Positions 1 through 8,700 of a DNA stretch of 64,000 bases are shown in pieces. The translations under genes were made by a program, and so were the position numbers. How positions within the stretch are numbered: the first letter of the stretch is position 1; each line of letters begins with the position of its first letter. The DNA is from an uncultured Myxococcaceae bacterium (GTDB lineage Bacteria; Myxococcota; UBA727; JABDBI01), in assembly GCA_964635635.1 (NCBI GenBank), contig CAZWPE010000006.1, forward strand, positions 42,488 to 106,487, given 5' to 3'. The notes beneath the pieces were generated by a model. The model saw nothing but the letters and a program-made list of their open reading frames with translations. It was not told the origin of the DNA and searched no databases.

Positions 1-74
1 TCAATGCTTACTGCCTCAAACCCGAACTGGTTCGGCCTAATTATGGCTTAGAATCGACAATTGGGGGACGCTAA
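1..74 (+). CDS. 3' end of a gene truncated by the window start (…NAYCLKPELVRPNYGLESTIGGR*)
   Basis: Open frame from position 3 to TAA at 72-74; too short to assign a family. Confidence 0.3.
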   Translation, partial: NAYCLKPELVRPNYGLESTIGGR

Positions 75-224
75 CTCATTATTAAGGCACCGTCTTCCCT
101 GTTTTCGTCGGATTGAGCATACTACCAATCCCATTAACGGTTGCATCCCGTTTTCCGAGTTGCCCAGGGATATGAACATAATATCCGGGTGCTTGTGGTA
201 TAATGACCATAGAAAGGGGTAGGC

Positions 225-725
225 ATGAATATTCTTCATACTGTTGGGAGTGCAATACGTTCTCTTTGGTCTGGCAATACAGAGGAGAGTCGACCTCGGA
301 CAATAGAAGGAGCGCACGATCATTTTGTGCAAAGCACAGATGCTATTGGAAAGCTTAATCCCGAAGATCCCAAAACACATAGCAAACTAGCCGATTATTT
401 CAATGACCCTGAGCGCCATGTACGCTGGGCAGCGGTCAAAGCTATTGCTAAGAATCCTGAAAAAATTGTAGACCCAGAAGTCATCCGTGCAACAATCTCA
501 CTGTTAAACGATGCCGATTCAGAAGTAAAGGCAACGTCACTAAAAGTTCTTAACAAAATTCCGCAAGGAACCCTCAAAGAAGCCATAAGTGGCATCAAAA
601 ATTTTGCAACAATCAATGAAACTATCAATAGCTTTTCAAGCAATGACCGCTCATCTGTCGTTAGGCAATTACTTCAACATCGTGCTGCAGAAATTGAGAA
701 CATGATAGACTCTGCCTTGCACTAA
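225..725 (+). CDS. HEAT-repeat protein
   Basis: Two HEAT-like units (FNDPERHVRWAAVKAIAK; LNDADSEVKATSLKVLNKI); SD-like AGGGGTAGGC upstream; no signal peptide. Confidence 0.65.
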   Translation: MNILHTVGSAIRSLWSGNTEESRPRTIEGAHDHFVQSTDAIGKLNPEDPKTHSKLADYFNDPERHVRWAAVKAIAKNPEKIVDPEVIRATISLLNDADSEVKATSLKVLNKIPQGTLKEAISGIKNFATINETINSFSSNDRSSVVRQLLQHRAAEIENMIDSALH

Positions 726-1522
726 TCTACTTGAAGACGAGAGTGGGCTCTACTAAAATCGTACCCATAGACCCATTCCAAATGTCCCAACATTTGACCC
801 AGGAGTCTAGGCTCTTCTTTGATGTCTTTAACAACAGCAAAATTATTATCACAATACGGGTCACTCCCATGTCCCTGGTGAATATAGAAGTTATGAAGAA
901 TATCTGTTTCCGGATACCAGACCGCAAAATAGTCATCCAACTTGGCAGGTATATTGTAGTGTCTTCCCAGGAGCTCACCTCTCCCTAATGAACCATTCGT
1001 ATGAAAAATTGAGTCCCTAGAGAACCCCTTAGAAGTTCTTTTGTGCCAGATACCAGAGGAAAGTCTATATCTATCCTTACCTTCTGGTTCAAATAAGAAA
1101 AAGTCCAAATGCGGCCTCTTAGGATCATCTTTAAAGTAAATTTGGGGAATAGTATCACTGTTAGGATGCTCATTTTTGCCAACAATCTTGTAACCCTTAC
1201 GCTCCAAGCTTTGAAATAGAGCAGTTCTATGCGCTTCATAGTCTTCTCTGAGGATTCCTAAATCAGCATCATCATCAAATGGCATGTGAGAACCAAATCT
1301 ATACGCCCCTATTAAGGTTCCGCTGTCTAACCAGTAGGTAATCTTATGTTCATTAAGACTATCCACAACATCTTCTGTGATTTTCTTGATATCTCTGAGC
1401 ACGTTTGGATGGGTTCTACAGCGTTCAAAATATTCTTCTGCAGACGTTTGTTTGAGTTGTTTACAACTGGAGGCACTCAACAATGCCGCTAATAAGGACA
1501 GAATTGCATATTTATTTATCAT
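722..1522 (-). CDS. LicD-family phosphotransferase with lipoprotein signal
   Basis: YWLDSGTLIGAYR…MPFDDDADLG is the LicD/fukutin NTase motif; HLDFFLF; N-terminus MINKYAILSLLAALLSASSC (start placed at Met19 of the ORF track). Confidence 0.85.
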   Translation of the reverse strand: MINKYAILSLLAALLSASSCKQLKQTSAEEYFERCRTHPNVLRDIKKITEDVVDSLNEHKITYWLDSGTLIGAYRFGSHMPFDDDADLGILREDYEAHRTALFQSLERKGYKIVGKNEHPNSDTIPQIYFKDDPKRPHLDFFLFEPEGKDRYRLSSGIWHKRTSKGFSRDSIFHTNGSLGRGELLGRHYNIPAKLDDYFAVWYPETDILHNFYIHQGHGSDPYCDNNFAVVKDIKEEPRLLGQMLGHLEWVYGYDFSRAHSRLQVD

Positions 1523-1624
1523 GTCTTTATTGTCTCTCAATAGGGCGTTTGCTGTCAACTCTAGAGAAAAAAACACAAGCAGAACAATTAGCTGATTTGA
1601 AAGAACTTTTTCTATTAATACGGC

Positions 1625-2542
1625 TTAAATCGAAAGTTTTTCAAAGCACTTTCGATACTTATATTCATTATCACTTTGCAAGTGCAGCGCATCTGCTGAT
1701 TCTTCCCCATGCTTAAAGGGGAGCAAATTAGCTGTGTATTGATTGTGAACCTTGAGGCGCTGAACTCCAGTAACAGCTAAAACATAAGAGATGGTGAGAT
1801 CATCTGACCCCCGGCAGCCCGGCTTCCTGGCCATTTCTTGCATAAGCCCAATCCTGATACGTTCGACCGGATACGCAATTCCTTGCCACCCTTCTACCAT
1901 ATCGCAATGCGATATGCCTGAATGTTGACAGGCTGAACGGCTGTGGGGAAAATCCTTAATCCCGAAAGCAGACCCATCGGCTCCTGCTCCACTCACGGCA
2001 GCATCAGGATATTTGGCAACTAGCAATAGAAGTTGCTCCGGAAGTCCCGCTGGGTAACCGATATCATCATCAAATGTGACTAAAATATGGCGCAATGTGT
2101 CAGCAGGTAACTTCTGCACTTCTTCTGCTGCTGGGAGTAATTTCATAATAGGGCCCAAATCACGTTTGGGACGTAGGATTTCTATCTTAGCAGAATACTG
2201 TTTGAGTTTTTCGATTTCTGCAGGCTCATAAGGTTCTTTATCTTTGTAGAGCTCAGGTATTGCGATGAAGACTTTTTCTGGGACTGATAAGTCAAGCGTA
2301 TCCAAGGTATAATGCAAAAGTGGCAATCTCTTAGGCGAGGTGGTTATTGAGTAAAATATCCTGCTGTTTTTTCGCATCTCTAAGAATGCTGGCGAGTTTT
2401 CTTTGGGAAGACGCCTGAGGCATTGGACTTGCTCTTCAATGGTTCCATGGTCACATGGATTTTTTTGGCAAGCCATTAGGCCCAAAAGAGACACGGCTAG
2501 CAATCCAAAAACAATATTCATAGCACAAAGTTTAGCACTCAA
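1625..2542 (-). CDS. GT-A-fold glycosyltransferase-like lipoprotein
   Basis: SITTSPKRL, GPIMKLLP, VTFDDDIGYP (DxD), SDDLTISY motifs; lipobox LGLMA-C; paralog of 2539..3576. Confidence 0.6.
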   Translation of the reverse strand: MSAKLCAMNIVFGLLAVSLLGLMACQKNPCDHGTIEEQVQCLRRLPKENSPAFLEMRKNSRIFYSITTSPKRLPLLHYTLDTLDLSVPEKVFIAIPELYKDKEPYEPAEIEKLKQYSAKIEILRPKRDLGPIMKLLPAAEEVQKLPADTLRHILVTFDDDIGYPAGLPEQLLLLVAKYPDAAVSGAGADGSAFGIKDFPHSRSACQHSGISHCDMVEGWQGIAYPVERIRIGLMQEMARKPGCRGSDDLTISYVLAVTGVQRLKVHNQYTANLLPFKHGEESADALHLQSDNEYKYRKCFEKLSI

Positions 2543-3576
2543 TCATGAAGCTTTGAAAGTGTTTCATTGTAGCATTTTTGGTATTTTGCTTCATGTTGAT
2601 GCGAATCGGTAACGTTACCCTGTGAATCAAGCTTATGAAGGCCTTTCTTCAATCCTGCTTGAAGCTGTATGATTGAATTCTTGGTAAACTTATTCTCAAT
2701 TTGAAACCTTGGGGTACCATGCGCAGCATGAACATATGAAATCACTAAGTCATCCGAGAGGCGACATGGCTGTTTTGGGGGTGCAGCAACTTTTTTAATC
2801 TGTTCGCTATTTACCAGATGCAATGGGTAAGCAACTGAATAAAAACCTTCGACAACGTCACAATTTGAGATTGATGCACTATGACATTTGATATCCGACA
2901 TCTGTCTACCTGGGAAATTTTTGATACCCCAAAAAGTAGAGGGTCGCCCACAACCACCTGCAACAACCGAATTGTGCTTCGAAACAACAAACTTTATGAG
3001 TTGAGCCGGTAAAGCTGGTGAGTAGACTGTGTCATCATCAAAAGTCAGCACCATTGCGCGTTTTTGTTCTTCGGGGGATAGGTGCTCTTTAAGATGATCT
3101 ACAGCAGACAGAAGTTTTGATGCAGGACCGTAATCAAAATCTTTCCTTAGAATCTGAATCCTTGGGTCCATTTTTTCTATCTTATCAATCTGTTTTTGAG
3201 AATAAGTCAGCTCAGGATCATTGCGATAGTTATGCGGAATCGAAATAAAAATCTTTTTAGGCACCCCTGGGATACCTGTATCTGCCAGCAAAGTTTTTAA
3301 AACATACGGCAATTCACTGGTTAATCGATCTGGATCCGTCGTCAATGAATAATAAACATCATATTTTGAAATATTTTCAAGTGTTTCTTCAGAGAGCCGC
3401 TCTTTAGCATACGAAAGGACTAACTCAGCAGCCTCTTCATTTGTTAGATCGGGACGACTTAAGGGGTTACTCTGCGGACAAGAGATAATCAGGAGACCAA
3501 CGGTAAAAACAAATAGTCTTCTGAGTGCGATAATATTCATGCGTGCAAGCATAACATAAACAGCCCATTTTGACAA
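2539..3576 (-). CDS. GT-A-fold glycosyltransferase-like lipoprotein (paralog)
   Basis: SLTTDPDRL, GPASKLLS, LTFDDDTVYS, SDDLVISY motifs align with the neighbour; lipobox-like LLIIS-C. Confidence 0.6.
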   Translation of the reverse strand: MSKWAVYVMLARMNIIALRRLFVFTVGLLIISCPQSNPLSRPDLTNEEAAELVLSYAKERLSEETLENISKYDVYYSLTTDPDRLTSELPYVLKTLLADTGIPGVPKKIFISIPHNYRNDPELTYSQKQIDKIEKMDPRIQILRKDFDYGPASKLLSAVDHLKEHLSPEEQKRAMVLTFDDDTVYSPALPAQLIKFVVSKHNSVVAGGCGRPSTFWGIKNFPGRQMSDIKCHSASISNCDVVEGFYSVAYPLHLVNSEQIKKVAAPPKQPCRLSDDLVISYVHAAHGTPRFQIENKFTKNSIIQLQAGLKKGLHKLDSQGNVTDSHQHEAKYQKCYNETLSKLHD

Positions 3577-3676
3577 AATCTTGTCCTAGTTCTAGCCAAG
3601 AAAAGTGTTACTATAATCATTCGCCAGTGAATCAACATCAGGCCCCCTTATCAAACCTCGATACCGCCAGCCAAAT

Positions 3677-5023
3677 CTAGTAATGACACAGCGCCATCCC
3701 CTTATGCATTTCTAACGAGTTGTAAGCTTTTTTCAGAGAGGATGTTGGAACATTTGCCTTCTCAAAAATTGAGATCAAGGCCCGATAATCTTCATGCCCA
3801 TCAATGCAACCAAACCAGTATTTAAAGTACATTTTTCTTGCCTCTATCTTCTTCTGGTCCTTTTTACTAAGCGCTTCTTCCACAGCAGCAACCAGATCCA
3901 CATTGAATTCATTCTGTAGAATAGTTGTTTCTTCTCCTAAAACAAGGCCTTTGTTAGCCGAAGCAGCCTGGGATATCTTGTGAACCTTATTCCACGAAAT
4001 TGTTGGGCGTAGAAATACTATCGGTAGCTCAGGTTTTGAAGTGGCGGCCGTAGTAGCGCCCGATATATTTCCAATTACCACATCTGAAATTTCATACAAT
4101 GGGACAAAAGACGGAAACTGAACCGGAGATGCTATCCGGAAATTTTTTAATACTTTTTCGTCTACTCGGGAACCCAATATTCCTGGATGCGTTCTCAGTA
4201 TAATATTATACTTTTTTTTCAATTCAATAAGATCATCCAGAACCCTTTCAAACACAGGGCACTCAGGGTCGAGAAATTCGAAGTCTCCAACCGGGGCGGT
4301 CCCAACATATAAGATGGTTTTTTTGGCAGAATCCAACCCATAGAAACGTTCAAATTCTTGCTTCGCCCTCGAGTTGACCATGTCATTAAATCTTGTAAAC
4401 ATAAGACTCATTGCAGGGTAAGGCATCTTATCGGGACTCAACAGTTTCTGCTCGCCATAAAAAACCTTATCCTCATCGACTCCATGCATAACACTCACAT
4501 AAAGACCCGGAGAATAGGAATGAAACATGTCTTGATCCGTAATCAGAATCCTTCTTTCTTGAGACAAATAAGAAGCACGAAATTCATCTTTCTCTGAAAA
4601 TAAGAACATCAAATCCCTAGCATAGCCGTGATCCAACAAGCGTCTCACAACATGTTTAACCATAGGGTCTTCTGCCTCCCCACAAAATGGCGCTGGGAAC
4701 ACATGAAATAAGGGCAACAAATGAACCAGAAAACAATCTCTTGATTTCAATTCATAGCATATTGAAACGCTATACTCTTTTGCCACTCTCTGAAGCTCTG
4801 CAGACAATCTAGTCTCTGCCGCTGTATGCTGATAGCCATGAGATTTCAATAAATCAGGAGCCATAGAGGGCTCAAATTTCCAGGCTAGCATCTCCTTAAG
4901 AAGCTTACTCCCCGGCTCTACTGCAGATTCAGGTGCTGCAGATTCAGGTGCTGCAGATTCGCCACACCGCACAAGCATAATGGTCATTACAAAAGTAAAA
5001 ATACCAGTCAAGAATCGGCCCAT
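3677..5023 (-). CDS. CDP-glycerol glycerophosphotransferase (TagB/TagF-like) family protein with lipoprotein signal
   Basis: C-terminal motifs KKTILYVGTAP, NIILRTHP, ISDVVIGNISG resemble the Glyphos_transf family; N-terminal hydrophobic stretch ending LVR-C. Confidence 0.6.
   Translation of the reverse strand: MGRFLTGIFTFVMTIMLVRCGESAAPESAAPESAVEPGSKLLKEMLAWKFEPSMAPDLLKSHGYQHTAAETRLSAELQRVAKEYSVSICYELKSRDCFLVHLLPLFHVFPAPFCGEAEDPMVKHVVRRLLDHGYARDLMFLFSEKDEFRASYLSQERRILITDQDMFHSYSPGLYVSVMHGVDEDKVFYGEQKLLSPDKMPYPAMSLMFTRFNDMVNSRAKQEFERFYGLDSAKKTILYVGTAPVGDFEFLDPECPVFERVLDDLIELKKKYNIILRTHPGILGSRVDEKVLKNFRIASPVQFPSFVPLYEISDVVIGNISGATTAATSKPELPIVFLRPTISWNKVHKISQAASANKGLVLGEETTILQNEFNVDLVAAVEEALSKKDQKKIEARKMYFKYWFGCIDGHEDYRALISIFEKANVPTSSLKKAYNSLEMHKGMALCHY
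4921..4960. repeat. 15-bp tandem repeat, about 2.7 copies (ESAAP peptide repeat)
   Basis: ctgcagattcaggtg twice plus ctgcagattc; encodes ESAAP-ESAAP-ESA just after the lipobox Cys. Confidence 0.95.
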
Positions 5024-5044
5024 AAAAACTCCCCTTTATAAGTG

Positions 5045-5638
5045 CTAAATTTTTTCTCGCTCTAACAAGATTAAAACCTGCCTAACCGCCTCTTTCTCAG
5101 CGCAGTTTACCGAGTTTTTTTCTAGTAAAGCCTCCAGAGTTAACTTTGTGGCCCTTTTGGTGATCTGTGTGGTTGAAATTCCATCTTCATATGGATAAGT
5201 TTTAAACTTGCCAACCTCCGAAAGCCCTGGATAATACTTTTGAATTTTTTCTTCTGTGTAGTCATCGCCATGCATAACCAAATCAATTTTGTAACGCTCT
5301 AGATAGTTAACATTAAAAACAAGGTCGGTTCCTTCAATGACTTCATCCACACCTTTAAAGCTTCTAATTTGATTCGCCCGTTGCTCCAAGTTCATGGCAG
5401 GCTCTCGTTTATAGGACTTAATATCACCGCCATTGACCCCCACCACTACCTTGATAGCTTCTGGATGAACATTAAAATGCTCCGCAGCTGCATTCCTGGC
5501 CTTCTCAAAAGATCTCTGGTGTCCATAATGTGCCATATCATAGATACCATCCACCCAAACACGGTATTCATTAAGAGACCCCGCAAAAACTGAGCCGCCA
5601 CTCAAAAAATACAGGATAAAAAATTTGAAAAAAATCAT
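5045..5638 (-). CDS. Cytidylyltransferase (choline/ethanolamine/glycerol-phosphate CTase-like) with N-terminal signal peptide
   Basis: RVWVDGIYDMAHYGH (HxGH), VDEVI, MHGDD, EDGISTTQI; N-terminus MIFFKFFILYFLSGGSVFA|GS (start placed at Met13 of the ORF track). Confidence 0.85.
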   Translation of the reverse strand: MIFFKFFILYFLSGGSVFAGSLNEYRVWVDGIYDMAHYGHQRSFEKARNAAAEHFNVHPEAIKVVVGVNGGDIKSYKREPAMNLEQRANQIRSFKGVDEVIEGTDLVFNVNYLERYKIDLVMHGDDYTEEKIQKYYPGLSEVGKFKTYPYEDGISTTQITKRATKLTLEALLEKNSVNCAEKEAVRQVLILLEREKI

Positions 5639-5840
5639 ATTTTTTAATATTATACGAGAAAAACACACTGTCAACAGGGTTAAGAACTTATAATCATCAC
5701 AATTAACGCAGCTTTCAAGCCATTTAGAGCCATGAAGCGCTCACTGAACAATGTCTCAAAGTTTCAACAGGATACACACAGCAAAAAATTAATTTGCTCA
5801 GCAGCTGCTTTCAAACGATGAAAAGGCATATGTTCACTGT

Positions 5841-6713
5841 ATGTCTTTTCTGAAAACACTCATTTTTTTGTTTGTATTCTCAGGCTGCTCTCCTGACTCA
5901 GGAAACAACAAAAACTTGGTGATCATCTTTGGAGTGGATGGTTTAGGAAGTCATAACTTATGGCGAGGAATTGAGAATGGTGTCTCTGCTCCTGTGGTCC
6001 CCAATATCGAGCAAATGAAAGAGACAGGAATATGGACTTCTAAGGCTGCTATTGATGAACTCAATTTCAGTGGACCCAATTGGATGGGGATGCTGACAGG
6101 TGCACCTAGTGCTGTTCACGGAGTTCAGACTAATAACTGTGAACGCGGCAACAACCTTGAAACAATTTTTGGCGCTCTCCGACGACAATTCAGGGATCTT
6201 CCAATATTTTTAGTGCATGAATGGGATATATTCGCCTGTTATCCCGAGCCAGGCAGTATCACCAAGTTTTTACACACGCGAAACACAACTGAATCTGCAC
6301 AAAAAACAGTGGATTTACTTACTCAACAAGCTTCAGGTGTTATTTTTATTGATTTTGATGAAGTAGATGCTGCAGGTCATCGTTCCGGAGGAAGCAGCCA
6401 AGACTACAAAAATGCCGTAGAGGCCGTAGATCGTGCGATTGGGATTATTCACCTTGCTGCTAGTAATCTGAAATTACTAGATCGTACCTATTTCGTTTTA
6501 ATTGCTGACCATGGACATTTAGCCAATGGCGGAGGGCATTCTTCATCGCAATTTCCTGTTCCCTTCATTGTTCAAGGACCCACAATTCACTCAGCAGAAA
6601 TTATTGAATCTATTTCGAATAATCAACTAGCTCCAGTTATCAGCACTCTACTCAACGCCACCCCTTCATTAGATTGGATTGCTCGATTATCACCATTTGA
6701 ATCCTATTTCTGA
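5841..6713 (+). CDS. Alkaline phosphatase superfamily (NPP/phosphodiesterase-like) lipoprotein
   Basis: IFGVDGLG metal motif, FSGPNW..MLTG nucleophile region, EVDAAGH, IADHG; lipobox FSG-C. Confidence 0.85.
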   Translation: MSFLKTLIFLFVFSGCSPDSGNNKNLVIIFGVDGLGSHNLWRGIENGVSAPVVPNIEQMKETGIWTSKAAIDELNFSGPNWMGMLTGAPSAVHGVQTNNCERGNNLETIFGALRRQFRDLPIFLVHEWDIFACYPEPGSITKFLHTRNTTESAQKTVDLLTQQASGVIFIDFDEVDAAGHRSGGSSQDYKNAVEAVDRAIGIIHLAASNLKLLDRTYFVLIADHGHLANGGGHSSSQFPVPFIVQGPTIHSAEIIESISNNQLAPVISTLLNATPSLDWIARLSPFESYF

Positions 6714-6778
6714 AATAGGCGAAATAGGCGTCTGGCACCCACATCTATACAAGTCAGCTCAAAATCTCTTACAAAATG

Positions 6779-6920
6779 GTTACTTTTCGCCACCTAGACT
6801 CCAGCGATGCTCTACGTAGACACACCGAAGAAAATCCCGCTCATTTAACCAAACACTTAGACTCGAACGCTGAAGTTCATGCCCTCCTAATCACTGGGAA
6901 ACGCAAACATAAAGCAGATT
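6779..6920 (+). pseudogene. Degenerate copy of the 5' part of hpf
   Basis: gttacttttcgccacctagactccagcgatgc… matches hpf from 11523 (gttacttttcgccacctggactccagcgatgc…) and stays similar to about aaagcaga; no start codon, interrupted. Confidence 0.85.
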
Positions 6921-6927
6921 GTGGTGA

Positions 6928-7236
6928 AGACACCTAACACTACAAGTTGAGAGGTTCGCAATCAATCCCAGGTTTCACCAAAATCCTGTCAAATTTCATG
7001 ATGCAGCAGAGCAAATCGAGGATTGGCTTGCATTGGATAATGTTTGGGTTCCAGAGCCAACCAATCGTCATCTGGCAGCTTTCAAGCTCGTACTAGGAAA
7101 TCACACCCAGGATCCAAATCTTATCCCTGATGCCCATCTAGCAGCCTTAGCGGTAGAACATGGTCTAACCGTTTACAGCGCTGACCAAGATTTTGGGAAA
7201 TTTCAGGGTATTAAATGGAAAAATCCGCTGTCCTGA
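6928..7236 (+). pseudogene. 5'-truncated VapC/PIN toxin
   Basis: Open frame INPRFHQNPVKFHDAAEQIEDWLALDNVWVPEP…NLIPDAHLAALAVEHGLTVYSADQDFGKFQGIKWKNPL resembles the VapC C-terminal half; the N-terminal catalytic Asp segment and the antitoxin are absent; in-frame stops upstream. Confidence 0.8.
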
Positions 7237-7265
7237 CAGGTCTACCGCAAATCAACGACCTCCAG

Positions 7266-7309
7266 TTGACCTCACTCGGAAATAAGCGTATTATTTCCGA
7301 GTGAGGTCA
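7266..7309 (+). promoter_or_regulatory. Sigma70-like promoter inside a perfect 19-bp inverted repeat (putative operator)
   Basis: tgacctcactcggaaataa-gcgta-ttatttccgagtgaggtca (7267-7309); TTGACC(7266)-17 bp-TATTAT(7289); ATG at 7314. Confidence 0.8.
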
Positions 7310-7313
7310 GCAA

Positions 7314-8477
7314 ATGTACGATCGTCTGGTTAAGCTGCCAAAAAATAAGAGTTTTTTTCTTTTTGGAGCGAGAGGGGCCGGCAAGTCAACCTTGCTCAAG
7401 TCAGCCTTTCAAGATGCAAAACCTATGGTGTTCGACCTATTAGACGTGGAATTGGTTGATGAACTGAGTCTGTACCCCAAGCGATTTGTCGACCGCATTG
7501 GCAAAAACAGCAATACTGTAATTGTTGATGAAATTCAAAAACTACCCAAGTTACTAGATTATGTTCATGCTCTGATTGAAGAAAAAAAACTCCAATTTAT
7601 TTTGACAGGCTCTAGCGCCAGAAGACTCAAACAAAAAGGCACCAACTTACTGGCAGGACGAGCTCTGGTCAGAGAACTCTATCCATTTTCAACTTTTGAG
7701 CTCCAAGGACATTTTGACCTCACGAAGGCACTTCAGCGCGGGGGACTTCCCGAAAGTTATCTGGCTTCTAGCGACGAAGAATCCAACGATTACTTGCGTT
7801 CCTATACATTAACTTACTTAGAGAAAGAGATTCAGCAGGAGCAATGGGTAAGAAAGCTTGAACCATTTCGAAGATTCCTCATGATTGCAGCACAGATGAA
7901 TGGCAAAATCATCAATCGCTCTATCATCGCCAGGGACTTAGGAGTCGACGATATGACTGTTGAATCCTATTTTGAAATTCTAGAAGATACTTATATTGGC
8001 TTCAGGCTACCAGCATTTCACCGTTCACCTCGTAAGCAAATGAAGCAATCGCCTAAATTTTACTTAATCGACCCAGGCTTAAAAAGAAGTCTGGAGCGAA
8101 CAACACGCGTGCCCTTGTTACCTCAAACCAGTGCTTTTGGAGATGCTTTTGAGCATTGGGTGATTTTAGAATTTTTGAAACTATCAAAATATTTGGCGTT
8201 GGACTGGGAGCTCTTTTACGCTCAAACCAAAGAGGGTGCGGAAATTGATTTGGTCATTACCCGGCCAGGTCAACCACTCTTACTGGTAGAAATCAAATCA
8301 AAAGAAGTCGTTACGAAAGAAGACGCCAAAACCTTAGAAACTTTAGGGAACGAATACCAAGAAGCCACTGAAAAATGGCTTTTATCTCGAGATCCTGTTT
8401 CACAAGAATTTGGAAGCACACAAGCAATGCACTGGTTGGATGCTTTAAAAGGTCGCATCTTACAAGCTTCAAATTAG
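7314..8477 (+). CDS. AAA_14 + DUF4143 ATP-binding protein (copy 1)
   Basis: Walker A GARGAGKS, Walker B IVDEIQ, LTGSSAR, LAGRA, PKFYLID, C-terminal EIDLV…LVEIKS PD-(D/E)xK-like motif. Confidence 0.9.
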   Translation: MYDRLVKLPKNKSFFLFGARGAGKSTLLKSAFQDAKPMVFDLLDVELVDELSLYPKRFVDRIGKNSNTVIVDEIQKLPKLLDYVHALIEEKKLQFILTGSSARRLKQKGTNLLAGRALVRELYPFSTFELQGHFDLTKALQRGGLPESYLASSDEESNDYLRSYTLTYLEKEIQQEQWVRKLEPFRRFLMIAAQMNGKIINRSIIARDLGVDDMTVESYFEILEDTYIGFRLPAFHRSPRKQMKQSPKFYLIDPGLKRSLERTTRVPLLPQTSAFGDAFEHWVILEFLKLSKYLALDWELFYAQTKEGAEIDLVITRPGQPLLLVEIKSKEVVTKEDAKTLETLGNEYQEATEKWLLSRDPVSQEFGSTQAMHWLDALKGRILQASN

Positions 8478-8498
8478 TTTTGATTTTAAAACCTTAAA

Positions 8499-8561
<63 letters not shown>

Positions 8562-8610
8562 CAAGCACCAGTAGGCCGTGAATCGGCCGTTAAAAATCAA
8601 GTCACAACAC

Positions 8611-8700
8611 TTGACCTATCAAGGACTTATGCTGTACAAAATTAGATATGAACTTCGATTTTGTCCAACAATTGCGCCATATCACTTCGGATTTGTCACA
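8611..8700 (+). promoter_or_regulatory. Putative promoter and imperfect direct repeats upstream of ATPase copy 2
   Basis: TTGACC(8611)-18 bp-TACAAA(8635); atatgaacttcgattttgtccaacaat and atatcacttcggatttgtcacaat are imperfect direct repeats ending at the ATG. Confidence 0.45.

Noticed and set aside
8578-8700. 41-aa N-terminal extension of ATPase copy 2
   Set aside because: Paralogs start at the equivalent of MIPRLL (8701) and the extension overlaps the putative promoter
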